From a virus, in the IMG/VR virus record IMGVR_UViG_3300046373_000049, positions 2,460-66,459 of that record: a stretch of 64,000 nucleotides of DNA. One strand, 5' to 3'. Each line of letters starts with the position of its first letter. Positions within the stretch are counted from its first letter, which is position 1. Of the stretch, positions 9,476 to 18,999 are shown one piece after another. Below the pieces are notes generated by a model. That model searched no databases. It worked only from the letters and a program-made list of their open reading frames with translations, and was not told the DNA's origin. Position numbers and translations under genes: made by a program.

Positions 9476-9835
9476 ATGAGCTTAGAACTTACCGGCCTGG
9501 ACACTGGCGCAGGCGTGGACATCAGCAGCAACGACTTCATGATGTCGCGCACCATCGCAGAGGCGCTGCATGCGCATTACCCTGGGCACTTGTGGGCCGT
9601 GACGTGCGAGGGCAAGACCGGCCTTATCACCATCCGCGACCTGTTCCTGTCGGGCGCATACGGCTACGTGCTGAAGATTGGCGACGTGTTTTCCATCAGC
9701 GACCTGGAGCGCAAGGCCATCATGGGAGCTGGTGAAATCCTCGAACGGTTTAAGATGGAGCGGGGCCGGTTCGACGAGGCCAAGTATCACACGATGAAAA
9801 CCGACTTCGCAGGCCGACTGGAGTTTGACAAATGA
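9476..9835 (+). CDS. conserved phage protein preceding the portal
   Basis: LHAHYPGHLWAV...GAGEILERF. Confidence 0.7.
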   Translation: MSLELTGLDTGAGVDISSNDFMMSRTIAEALHAHYPGHLWAVTCEGKTGLITIRDLFLSGAYGYVLKIGDVFSISDLERKAIMGAGEILERFKMERGRFDEAKYHTMKTDFAGRLEFDK

Positions 9836-12369
9836 CAACCGAAAACCACGACTGGCTGGCGACGGCCCGCGAGGCGTATGACACGTCCACCACGTACTTC
9901 GACGCATCCATCCGCCGCCAAGTGGAAAGCGACATCCGCCAGTTCCAGGGCCAGCACCCAGTCGGTTCCAAGTATCTGGCCGAGACAGGACGCTCCAAGC
10001 TGTTCCGCCCGAAGACGCGCACGACCATCCGCAAGAACGAAGCCGTGGCCGCCGAGGCATTCTTCACCACGACCGACGTTGTGGCCGTGTCCGCCCAGGA
10101 CGACAATGACCCGTCGCAGCAGGCGAGTGCCGCGATCATGCAGGAAATCTTGCAGTACCGCCTCACCAAGTCTATCCCGTGGTTCCTGACCGTCATCGGC
10201 GGCTACCAGGACGCGCTGACTGTCGGCATCGTCGCCTCGCACCAGTGCTGGGAATACAACGCCAAAAAGCGCATCGACCGCCCATCCATTGAGCTTGTGC
10301 CTATCGAGAATCTGCGCTTCGACCCGGCAGCCAAGTGGACAGACCCTGTGGGCACGTCGCCATACATCATTCACATGATCCCGATGTACGTGAAGGACGT
10401 GAAGGCTCGCATGAAAACGGTGGACACGAAGACCGGCGAAGCCAAGTGGAACAAGCTGTCGGACGAGCAGATCATGATGGGCATCAAGCAGTACGGCGAC
10501 AGCACGCGGCTCCAGCGCGAGCATGGCCGCACCGACAGCAAGGATCAGCCCAGCAGCATTGGCGACTACAACATCGTGTGGGTACACCGGAACGTCATCG
10601 AAGACGACGGCGAAGACTACCTGTACTACACGCTGGGCACGGTCGCACTGCTGTCGAAGCCTGTGCCGCTGTCCGACCAGTACGCCCACGGCAAGCGTCC
10701 GTATGTCATCGGCAACGCCATCATCGAAACGCACAAGCAGTACCCATCCTCGCTGGCGAAGATCAGCAAGGACGTGCAGGCCGAAATCAATGACCTCGCC
10801 AATCTGCGCATCGACAACGTGCGCTTCGCCTTGAACAAGCGCTACTTCGTCAAGCGTAACAAACAGGTCGATCTGCGCTCGCTCGTGCGCAACACGGCTG
10901 GCTCCGTCACGCTGATGGACGACCCTGAAGCCGATGTCAAAACGGTCGAATTCAACGACGTGACCGGCAGCGCATACCAGGAGCAAGACCGCCTCAACCT
11001 GGACTTCGACGATGTGACCGGCAGCTTCAGCGGCGCCAGCGTGCAGAGCAACCGCAAGCTCAATGAAACCGTGGGCGGCATGCAGCTCCTGGACGGCAGC
11101 GCGAACCAAGTCAGCGGCTACCAGCTCCGCACGTTCGTGGAAACCTGGGTCGAGCCAGTGCTGTCCCAGCTCGTGCTGCTGGAGCAGTATTACGAAACGG
11201 ATGAAGTCATCCTGGCCCTGGCTGGCAAGAAGGCCGACCTGTTGCAGAAGTTCGGCATTGACACTGTGACCGATGACTTGCTCACGGAAGAGCTTACGTT
11301 AAACGTCAACGTCGGCATGGGCGCCACCAATCCGACCGAGCAAATGAACAAGTTCACGCAGGGGCTGGCCGCGCTGCGCGACATCCTGGCTGACGGCACG
11401 CTTATCAAGTACGGCCTGAAGGTAGAGGAAGTCATTACCGAACTCTTCGGCAAGCTGGGCTTCCGCGACGGCGCCCGCTTCTTCGAGCCATCCGACCAGG
11501 AGAAGCCGGAAGTCACGGCCCTGAAGCAGCAAGTCCAGGAGCTGATGCAGCAAGTGGCGCAGAAGACCGACCCACGGCTTGTCGAAGCGGAAATCCGCAA
11601 GATCGACGCCGAGATTGCTTCCATGCAGGCCAAGGACGAAAAGGAACTGGCATCGAAGATCAAGCTCATGGTCGAGGCCCAATTCAGCGCCATGCAGTCC
11701 GCCGAGGTGCTTACCGCTGTCCCAGGCGTGGCGCCTGTGGCCGACGCGCTGATGGTCGCCGCTGGCGCACCCGACCCGAACTTCATCGCTGGCGACAACG
11801 CTGCTGGCGCTGTAGGTATCGAGCCGGTCAAGAACAAGCGTGTGGGCACCGTATTCACTCCAGGCGGCGCCGTGCAGGGCGACACATCCCCGAATACACC
11901 GGCAGCGCCAGCAGCGCCTGCAAGCCCTGGCGTGGGCGCTGCACAGGGCATCGAGACAACGCGGCCTGACAGCGTGGGCTTGGCCGATGGCGGCGAGGTG
12001 GGCGATCCTGAAGACGACATGATGGACGGCTACGCCAATGGCGGCATGATCCAAGGCCCAGGCACCGGCACATCCGATTCGATCCCTGCCACGGTCGCAC
12101 CGACCGGCGCACCGGCTGCCGTGTCGGCTGGCGAATTCCATGTGCCGCAGGCTGTCGTTGACGCCATCGGAGTGGACTTCTTCCAGGGTCTTATTCAGCA
12201 GTATCATCAACCAGTAGAAGGCGAGGCCGTGGGCGAGCAAGCAGCCCCAGGCGCCGACCCGATGCAACTGACGCAGGGCGACTTCATCATCCCTGCCGAT
12301 GTGGTCGCGGCACTTGGCCCTGACTTCTTCGAGGAACTGATGAAACAATACGGGGGCGCACAGCAATGA
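9832..12369 (+). CDS. portal protein (podovirus type) with a C-terminal extension
   Basis: 845 aa after terL; SKLFRPKTR, QAEINDLANLRIDN, ETVGGM; tail carries ADGG/ANGG-GPGTGTSDSIPA. Confidence 0.85.
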   Translation: MTTENHDWLATAREAYDTSTTYFDASIRRQVESDIRQFQGQHPVGSKYLAETGRSKLFRPKTRTTIRKNEAVAAEAFFTTTDVVAVSAQDDNDPSQQASAAIMQEILQYRLTKSIPWFLTVIGGYQDALTVGIVASHQCWEYNAKKRIDRPSIELVPIENLRFDPAAKWTDPVGTSPYIIHMIPMYVKDVKARMKTVDTKTGEAKWNKLSDEQIMMGIKQYGDSTRLQREHGRTDSKDQPSSIGDYNIVWVHRNVIEDDGEDYLYYTLGTVALLSKPVPLSDQYAHGKRPYVIGNAIIETHKQYPSSLAKISKDVQAEINDLANLRIDNVRFALNKRYFVKRNKQVDLRSLVRNTAGSVTLMDDPEADVKTVEFNDVTGSAYQEQDRLNLDFDDVTGSFSGASVQSNRKLNETVGGMQLLDGSANQVSGYQLRTFVETWVEPVLSQLVLLEQYYETDEVILALAGKKADLLQKFGIDTVTDDLLTEELTLNVNVGMGATNPTEQMNKFTQGLAALRDILADGTLIKYGLKVEEVITELFGKLGFRDGARFFEPSDQEKPEVTALKQQVQELMQQVAQKTDPRLVEAEIRKIDAEIASMQAKDEKELASKIKLMVEAQFSAMQSAEVLTAVPGVAPVADALMVAAGAPDPNFIAGDNAAGAVGIEPVKNKRVGTVFTPGGAVQGDTSPNTPAAPAAPASPGVGAAQGIETTRPDSVGLADGGEVGDPEDDMMDGYANGGMIQGPGTGTSDSIPATVAPTGAPAAVSAGEFHVPQAVVDAIGVDFFQGLIQQYHQPVEGEAVGEQAAPGADPMQLTQGDFIIPADVVAALGPDFFEELMKQYGGAQQ

Positions 12370-12698
12370 GCCAAGAGCAAGAAGAGCGGGCCGCACTGAT
12401 CGAGGCCAACAGGGGCCACTATGATGCCATCGACTTCGGCCTGGAAGTGCGCGGCTTCCTTGGCTCGAAGGTGGGCAAGTACCTCGTGCAGCGCGCCGAG
12501 GAAGAGCGCGAGGCCGCCTTGTCGGCCTTGATCGAGGTCAGCGCCCACGATTACAAGCAGATCGCCAAGCTGCAATCCGACATCAAGCGCGCCGAGTCGA
12601 TCCAGCTATGGATGGCAGAGCTGATCCAGGAAGGCGTCAGCGCACAGGAACAGCTCCTGCATCAAGATCAGGTCACACTTCGGGAAGAAGCGGAATGA
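12366..12698 (+). CDS. hypothetical head-region protein
   Basis: helical 110-aa ORF coupled to the portal. Confidence 0.7.
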   Translation: MSQEQEERAALIEANRGHYDAIDFGLEVRGFLGSKVGKYLVQRAEEEREAALSALIEVSAHDYKQIAKLQSDIKRAESIQLWMAELIQEGVSAQEQLLHQDQVTLREEAE

Positions 12699-12967
12699 AC
12701 ACGCGCAAAATGTCCCGCTACAAGTGCCACAAGATCGTGCATGCCGGGCAGATCACGGCCATGGTGGCAATGCAAGGCGGCTTCCGCATCGACTACACCG
12801 GGCGCAATGGCGAGGCCCGCTTCATCAATGTCAAGGACGCCTGGGCCGCCAAGCATGCGACGGCTGAAGTGGGCGGCTACCTCGTCGTGTACGAGGACGG
12901 CTTCATGTCATATTCGCCTAAGAAGGCTTTCGAGGACGGCTACAGCCTGGAGACAGATCATGATTGA
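12695..12967 (+). CDS. conserved phage protein
   Basis: YKCHKIVHA...GGYLVVYEDGFMSYSPKKAFEDGY. Confidence 0.75.
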   Translation: MNTRKMSRYKCHKIVHAGQITAMVAMQGGFRIDYTGRNGEARFINVKDAWAAKHATAEVGGYLVVYEDGFMSYSPKKAFEDGYSLETDHD

Positions 12968-13099
12968 AGTATTCAGCACCACGGTGGCATACGGCATCCT
13001 GGCAGTATCGAGTGGCTGTACAGTTCTGTACACATACGATCTGCTGAAATTCACGACGCACAGCATTTTCAACCGCAGTTAAACAAGGAGTAGCAAACT

Positions 13100-14197
13100 A
13101 TGAGCACCATCCAATCGGACGTGCAGGGCGAGGCCGGTCAAAAAGAAATTGTGCAGGAGCAAACGACCGATGATAATAGCGCCAAGGTGCGCGAGCCTAG
13201 CGCTCGTGAATTGGCGATGGATGCGATTTCCGCCAGCCGCAACGAAGCCTTCGAGAAAGAATCGGGCATCAAGCTGGTAGGCGATGAAACGCAAGCTGCA
13301 TTGCAAGCAGGTGCTGATGAAGCGGCCCGCGTGGCAGCCGAAGCTGGCGCCCAGGATGACGAGCTGGATGCGCAGCAAGAAGCGCAACAGGCCGCAGCCG
13401 CAGCAGCCGCCGCAGCAGCAAAGGTAGTACCGGATGATTTCCTGAAGCAGAAGGTGAAGGTCAAGATCAACGGCGTGGAAAGCGAAGCGAGCATCGAAGA
13501 CATGCAGCGCGTCTTCCAGAAGTCCGAATCCGCTGACCGCCGACTGGCCGAAGCAGCGCGCCGCGAGCGCGAACTGCAAGACCGGGAAGTACAGCTTCAG
13601 CAACAGGTAGCTGACTCGAAGAAGGTGACTGAAGCAGCGCCAGCACCAGTCGATCCAGCGGAAGCAAAAGCATTCGCCGCCGCGATGTTTGAAGGCGACG
13701 AAGGCAAAGCGGTAGAAGCATTCAATAAGGCAGTAAGCAAGGCAGCAGAAGGTGTAGTCGAAGGGCGCTTGAAAGCATTCCAAGCTACCCAGCCCGCGCA
13801 AGTGGACATCGACCAGATCACTGCTACGGTGGAACAGCGATTCGTAGTCAACAGCGCATTGAAGAAGTCTCAGACTGATTATCCTGAGCTGTATGCTGAC
13901 CCTGACTTGGAAGAATTGGCAGCCGCGAAAATCCGGCGCAAGCAGAGCGAAGAAGGTCTTTCGTTTGCTGATGCGCTCGAAGCGACCGGCAGCGAATTGG
14001 CAACCAAGTTCGGCTGGCAGAAACCAGGACATCCGGCGAAGGCAGACACAACCGCCCGTGATAAGAAGCTGGCAGCTAAAGCAGCACTCGACCCAGTAGT
14101 GGGAACAGGTGCAAAAACTTCGACAACCGAACCGGCGCCAATGACGCATTCGCAGATCATCGCGGACATGCAGAAGCAGCGCGGCCAGAGCGTCTAA
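13100..14197 (+). CDS. capsid scaffolding protein
   Basis: acidic coiled-coil with VKVKINGVE; immediately upstream of the major capsid gene; AAGGAG RBS. Confidence 0.8.
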   Translation: MSTIQSDVQGEAGQKEIVQEQTTDDNSAKVREPSARELAMDAISASRNEAFEKESGIKLVGDETQAALQAGADEAARVAAEAGAQDDELDAQQEAQQAAAAAAAAAAKVVPDDFLKQKVKVKINGVESEASIEDMQRVFQKSESADRRLAEAARRERELQDREVQLQQQVADSKKVTEAAPAPVDPAEAKAFAAAMFEGDEGKAVEAFNKAVSKAAEGVVEGRLKAFQATQPAQVDIDQITATVEQRFVVNSALKKSQTDYPELYADPDLEELAAAKIRRKQSEEGLSFADALEATGSELATKFGWQKPGHPAKADTTARDKKLAAKAALDPVVGTGAKTSTTEPAPMTHSQIIADMQKQRGQSV

Positions 14198-14230
14198 GCC
14201 AACTGAATTTCAACTTAGGAGTATTACATC

Positions 14231-15175
14231 ATGGCTGGTCAAGTATGGGTAACGAACTCTTTGGGCGGTTACATGTTTTCGGAAACGCTGTCCAAAGTGC
14301 TGCGCATGTCGGTTCAACCGCTGTGCAAATTCCGTCAGTTCGCTGACATCAAGGACGCCGCTGTTCAAGGTAAGGGCAAGGGCGATACCTTCCACTGGAA
14401 CGTCTATTCGGACATCGCCACCCAGGGTACTGTCATCCTGGAAACGAACACGATGCCGGAATCGAACTTCACCATCACCCAAGGCACGATGACGATTACC
14501 GAATTCGGTAACTCGGTTCCTTACACCGGCAAACTGGATGACCTGTCCAGCCAGCCCGTCAAGGAAATCATCGGCAAGGTGCTGAAGAACGACGCCAAGA
14601 AAGCCTTCGATCTGGCCGCCTGGGCGCAGTTCAACGCAACGCCACTGCGCGTCGTGCCTACTGGTGGCACCGATACCAGCGCCATCACGCTGACGACCAA
14701 CGGCACCGCCACGCTGACCAACAACGTGGCGCTGGGCAAGGATCACGTCAAGTCCATCGTGGACTTGATGAAAGAGCGCAACATCCCACCTTACATGGCG
14801 GATGACTATGTGGCGCTGGCCCACCCTACCACGTTCCGCAAGCTCAAGAACGACCTGGAAGCAGTCCACCTGTACACGGACGCTGGCTTCCAGATGATCT
14901 TGAACGGCGAAATGGGTCGCTACGAAAACGTGCGCTTCGTCGAGCAAACGAACAAAGCCAAGGAAGCCTTCGTCAACGCGAAGTCCAACTGGGCCTTCTT
15001 CTTCGGCAACGACACGGTGGCAGAGGGCATCGCCGTGCCAGAAGAAATGCGCGGCAAAATCCCGACCGATTATGGTCGTTCGCGTGGTATCGCATGGTAC
15101 TACCTGGGCGGCTTCGGCCTGATCCAAACGCAGCAAGCTCAAGCCCGCATCGTGAAGTGGGACAGCGCCGCGTAA
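14231..15175 (+). CDS. major capsid protein (N4-gp56-like family)
   Basis: FRQFAD, GKGDTFHW, EFGNSV, HPTTFRKL, GEMGRYENVRFVE, DYGRSRGIAWY; TAGGAG RBS; strongly biased codons. Confidence 0.9.
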   Translation: MAGQVWVTNSLGGYMFSETLSKVLRMSVQPLCKFRQFADIKDAAVQGKGKGDTFHWNVYSDIATQGTVILETNTMPESNFTITQGTMTITEFGNSVPYTGKLDDLSSQPVKEIIGKVLKNDAKKAFDLAAWAQFNATPLRVVPTGGTDTSAITLTTNGTATLTNNVALGKDHVKSIVDLMKERNIPPYMADDYVALAHPTTFRKLKNDLEAVHLYTDAGFQMILNGEMGRYENVRFVEQTNKAKEAFVNAKSNWAFFFGNDTVAEGIAVPEEMRGKIPTDYGRSRGIAWYYLGGFGLIQTQQAQARIVKWDSAA

Positions 15176-15198
15176 TCCGGCCTGACCGGTAGCACCAC

Positions 15199-15229
15199 AA
15201 TAACGCCCTGGCCTATGCTGGGGCGTTAT
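15199..15229 (+). terminator. hairpin after the capsid gene (stabiliser or weak terminator)
   Basis: ATAACGCCCTGGC-CTAT-GCTGGGGCGTTAT; no long U tract. Confidence 0.4.
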
Positions 15230-15244
15230 CACATGGAGAATGAC

Positions 15245-15544
15245 ATGAAAGACAACATGACGCCGATGGCTCACGGCCTGGGCGATGAAGTGAAGGGCAC
15301 GCATGACGCGACCTATACCTGCGAGCCTACGGCTGATCTTGCCAAGGGCACTGCCACGCACGGTATGACCTTGAACGGCATGGGCGGCCTGACCGCTGCC
15401 GACATCGAAGCTGGCTTCAGCGATGGCGAATACCATCCGCCGCCACCCCCGACCGATGGCACCATCGCCAATCCGATCATGGACTTGATCGACGACGAGG
15501 ACACGGGCGGCTTTCTGCACCGCGACCACGGCTGGGCACGGTGA
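15245..15544 (+). CDS. hypothetical head-region protein
   Basis: GGAG RBS before the ATG at 15245. Confidence 0.6.
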   Translation: MKDNMTPMAHGLGDEVKGTHDATYTCEPTADLAKGTATHGMTLNGMGGLTAADIEAGFSDGEYHPPPPPTDGTIANPIMDLIDDEDTGGFLHRDHGWAR

Positions 15545-15616
15545 AGCGAACCGAATAGGCAGTACACGAGCGATCTATAATGGGCCTTTAGACGGCCCTC
15601 TTTTGAGGAAATTATC

Positions 15617-15982
15617 ATGGCATACGACGATCCAGACTTCCAAATCCGCCGCGAATCGGCCCACATCACCGTGGCAGGCGCCACTACCGAGGGCGCCAAG
15701 TTCCGCCAGTTCCAGGCATTCCGCCTGAAGGCTGTCCACGCTTGCGTCATCACGGCAGGCACGGCGACTACCCACGGCTACGATGTCTATCACGGCACGA
15801 CCAGCATCGGCACCATCGCACTGAGCACGGGCGCCGCTGGCGTCGTGGCTCACTCGGCCACGCTCAACGAGTCCGTGGCCACGATGGAGCAAGTGTCCGT
15901 CAAGTCGCTGGCAGATGCGACCGGCGTGGCACATATCGTGTACGAGTACGAAACCCTGCCGAGCGCTGCACAAACCGCGTAA
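15617..15982 (+). CDS. putative head decoration or minor capsid protein
   Basis: GAGGA RBS; beta-rich; near the capsid gene; followed by a C(UUCG)G hairpin at about 15991-16006. Confidence 0.55.
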   Translation: MAYDDPDFQIRRESAHITVAGATTEGAKFRQFQAFRLKAVHACVITAGTATTHGYDVYHGTTSIGTIALSTGAAGVVAHSATLNESVATMEQVSVKSLADATGVAHIVYEYETLPSAAQTA

Positions 15983-16025
15983 TCACGCAACGGGGCTTCG
16001 GCCCCGCTTCACCTGGAGAAACACC

Positions 16026-16244
16026 ATGAAATCCACTGACATGTATAAGCCTTCGGGCGATCTGCAAGGCGACACGAGCGCCATGCCCGACCGTGGCACC
16101 AGCACCGGCATGGTGGACAACACCGACCTGGGCGGCATGAGCCTCGACCCATCGGCCACGAACAGCAAGGGCGGCATCGGCGGCAGCACCAAGTCCGACG
16201 ACGAAATGCGCGACATGCCCGACGCTGCCACCGGCAAAGTCTGA
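16026..16244 (+). CDS. small acidic low-complexity protein
   Basis: GGAG RBS. Confidence 0.55.
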   Translation: MKSTDMYKPSGDLQGDTSAMPDRGTSTGMVDNTDLGGMSLDPSATNSKGGIGGSTKSDDEMRDMPDAATGKV

Positions 16245-16275
16245 TTTTCAACCTGACCCATAAAGGGGAGTATCA

Positions 16276-16629
16276 ATGAAGCTCGACAAATCCAAGCCTT
16301 ACGGCACAGTCTTCGGTGACAACCAGGGCCGCGTATTCGACCAGGATGGCGAATATTTCCGTGGCGACGGTTCGCTGTGGGTTCCGACCGAAGAAGAGCT
16401 GGCAGCCGCTTCCGCGCAAGGCGATGAAACGCCGAACGACGATCAGAAGGAAGAAGCGGAAACCAACAAGGTGCGCAAGGAAACCGCAGCCAAGGGCGCC
16501 AGCAAGGCCAAGGCTCAAGCTGTCGGCAAGGCCAAGGCAAAGGCCGCCAAGGAGCCTGTCAAGGCCATCCAGGCAAAGCCGCTGTCGGCTGCCGATCAGC
16601 AAGTCGCTGACCAACTCACCCAAGGCTAG
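16276..16629 (+). CDS. hypothetical protein with an Ala/Lys-rich tail
   Basis: GGGGAG RBS; LDKSKPYGTV..FDQDGEYF. Confidence 0.7.
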   Translation: MKLDKSKPYGTVFGDNQGRVFDQDGEYFRGDGSLWVPTEEELAAASAQGDETPNDDQKEEAETNKVRKETAAKGASKAKAQAVGKAKAKAAKEPVKAIQAKPLSAADQQVADQLTQG

Positions 16630-16633
16630 ACCC

Positions 16634-18097
16634 ATGACCCGCCCAGCAGACGCCATCAAATACCTGATCGTCCCATTCACACGCGGCGCAGTGCTCGACC
16701 TGGGCGCGACCCAGGCCGACAAGCTGTTCCCGCACTTCCTCACTGTAGGCGACTTGGGCGATGTCAAGGATGCTCTTGACGACCTGTCGTCGTTCCAGGA
16801 TGGGAAGTGCGATGCGGTTGTCGCCAGCCATACTGGCGTGCATGATGTGATGGGGGCGATGCTGGAATGGTGGCGTGTGCTTGAGGTGGGCGGGCACCTC
16901 GTCCTGCATGACGCGCTGGACGAAGCTGATGAATTCCAGCAAGAAGCCCGCATGAAGGCCGTCACGGAAGCGACGGCTTTTGGCTGGGAGCGCGTATTCT
17001 GCACGGTGCAGGAATATGGCGCGCTGTCCGTGTTCAAGAAATTATGGGTTCCAGAATGCGGCGAGGGCTGGGATCGCAACGAGAAATCCGTGTGCGTCTG
17101 CCGCTTCGGCGGATTCGGTGACATGCTCCAGGCGGCCAACATCCTGCCGCAGCTCAAGCGCGACGGCTGGCACGTCACTGTCATGACCACGCCGAAGGGC
17201 CAGGACATCATCCGGCACGACCCGCATGTTGACGCATGGCTGATCCAGGACACTGACCAAGTGCCGAATCATCTGCTGTCCGAATACTGGAAGGTGCAGG
17301 CCACGCAGTTCGACCGCTTCATCAACCTGTCGGAATCGGTCGAAGGCACCATGCTGGCGATCCCTGGCCGCACGAACCATGCGTGGCCCGACAGCGTGCG
17401 CCGCGTCGAGCTGAACCGCAACTACCTGGAATGGACGGCTCAACTGGCCGAGGTCGCCTACTCGAACGAGACACGCTTCTATCCCAGCCTGAATGAAGAA
17501 GGCAAGGTGGGAACCTACGTAAGCATGCTGCGCGCCGAGCTTGACCCGCAGCCGTTCGGCATCATCAACAAGCAGCTCTTCGTCATTACCTGGGCGCTGG
17601 CCGGTTCGTCCGTCCACAAGTTCTATCCGTGGCAGGACAGCGTGATTGCCGCGATCATGAAGGAACTGCCGCAGGCCGTGGTCATCCTGACCGGCGACTT
17701 CGCCTGCCAGATTCTCGAACAGGGCTGGGAAGCCGAGCCTCGCGTGCGCTGCGAATCCGGCAAGATGACGATCCGCGATACGCTGGCGCTGGCCCAGCAA
17801 TCGCATTGCGTCGTCGGCCCCGAAACCGGCGTGCTCAATGCCGTGGCTTTCGAGGACAATGCCAAGGTGCTGATGCTGTCGCACAGCTCGCACGAGAACC
17901 TGTCGAAGCACTGGACGAACACGACGGCGCTGGAGCCTGTCGATACGCCGTGCTACCCATGCCACCGACTGCACTACGGCAGCGAGTTTTGCCACATTCA
18001 TCAAGACACGGGCGCGGCCATGTGCCAGCTTTCGATCATGCCTGACCGCGTAATGGATGCTATCCGTTCCGCGTACTACAAATGGACAGCACGATGA
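16634..18097 (+). CDS. class I methyltransferase-like domain fused to a GT9 (heptosyltransferase-like) glycosyltransferase
   Basis: N-terminal VLDLGA...EWWRVLEVGGHLVL; then RFGGFGDML, DPHVD, HKFYPW, VGPETGVLNA, PCYPCH..C..C..I.PDRV. Confidence 0.8.
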   Translation: MTRPADAIKYLIVPFTRGAVLDLGATQADKLFPHFLTVGDLGDVKDALDDLSSFQDGKCDAVVASHTGVHDVMGAMLEWWRVLEVGGHLVLHDALDEADEFQQEARMKAVTEATAFGWERVFCTVQEYGALSVFKKLWVPECGEGWDRNEKSVCVCRFGGFGDMLQAANILPQLKRDGWHVTVMTTPKGQDIIRHDPHVDAWLIQDTDQVPNHLLSEYWKVQATQFDRFINLSESVEGTMLAIPGRTNHAWPDSVRRVELNRNYLEWTAQLAEVAYSNETRFYPSLNEEGKVGTYVSMLRAELDPQPFGIINKQLFVITWALAGSSVHKFYPWQDSVIAAIMKELPQAVVILTGDFACQILEQGWEAEPRVRCESGKMTIRDTLALAQQSHCVVGPETGVLNAVAFEDNAKVLMLSHSSHENLSKHWTNTTALEPVDTPCYPCHRLHYGSEFCHIHQDTGAAMCQLSIMPDRVMDAIRSAYYKWTAR

Positions 18098-18750
18098 ACC
18101 TCCGCGACCTGATTGATTTATTCCGCATCGACGTTGACGACACGGTTGAACCGTTTCTGTTTGGCGAAGACGAGGCCATCGAATACGCAAACGACGCGCA
18201 GAACGAAGCAGCGCGCCGCTCACGCCTTCTGCTTGACTCGACGACTACCGCCATAGCCAACATCGACGTTGTGGCCGCCACGGGCCTGTATGAGCTTGAC
18301 CCGCGTGTGCTGTTCATTCGCAAGGCCCGCTTCGCCAACAAGCAGCCGCTGCGCCGCATGAACATGCAGGACATGGAAACCCGCGATCCATACTGGGAAG
18401 ACGCGAACGCCAGCGAGCCGATGTACTTCATCAGCGACTACGAAACCGGCAAGATTCGCCTGCATCCCACGCCGTCCGAAAGCGGCACGCTGCTGCTGAC
18501 CGTGGTGCGCGACCCGCTGGCGGAAATGAACGACATCGACGACGTGCCTGAAATCCCGGCCCGCTATCATCGCAGCCTGCGCTTCTGGATGGCCTTCCGC
18601 GCCTACAGCAAGCAGGACGCGGAGGCAAACGACCCAAAAAAAGCCATCGACAGCCTGTCCATGTTCGAGCAAGAATTCGGCAAGAAGTCCGCTGCCATCG
18701 ACGAAACCTGGATCAACCGCGAGCAACAGGAAGGCGACGGCACCTACTAG
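18094..18750 (+). CDS. head-tail adaptor protein
   Basis: LIDLFR...YANDAQNEAARR...IRLHPTP...PEIPARYH. Confidence 0.75.
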   Translation: MNLRDLIDLFRIDVDDTVEPFLFGEDEAIEYANDAQNEAARRSRLLLDSTTTAIANIDVVAATGLYELDPRVLFIRKARFANKQPLRRMNMQDMETRDPYWEDANASEPMYFISDYETGKIRLHPTPSESGTLLLTVVRDPLAEMNDIDDVPEIPARYHRSLRFWMAFRAYSKQDAEANDPKKAIDSLSMFEQEFGKKSAAIDETWINREQQEGDGTY

Positions 18751-18840
18751 GAACCGACATGCAAGCAAGACTCAAGAAGAACAGCAACTGCGGCTGCACC
18801 CTGGCCGAAGCCTTTTTCATCATCGCACTGTGGAGCTATT

Positions 18841-18999
18841 ATGTTGAGCAAATTAAAAGACGCGCTTGATTTCGCACTCGACGTTCTGTTCGAGCTGACC
18901 GATCCCGTGGCGGGCGACTGCCCAGTGTGCGCGCTGTGGCGTGGCATTGCCATCGGCGTCATCGCATGCGTCGTCGTATGGCTGGCGGTCGCGCTGTGA
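18841..18999 (+). CDS. small membrane protein (52 aa)
   Basis: GGAG RBS; CPVC followed by a TM helix; GTGA overlap with the next gene. Confidence 0.55.
   Translation: MLSKLKDALDFALDVLFELTDPVAGDCPVCALWRGIAIGVIACVVVWLAVAL

Noticed and set aside
11840-12022. Possible nested gene in the portal linker
   Set aside because: It has a GTG start with no RBS, and no clear codon-bias switch to the alternative frame, unlike the accepted nested genes.
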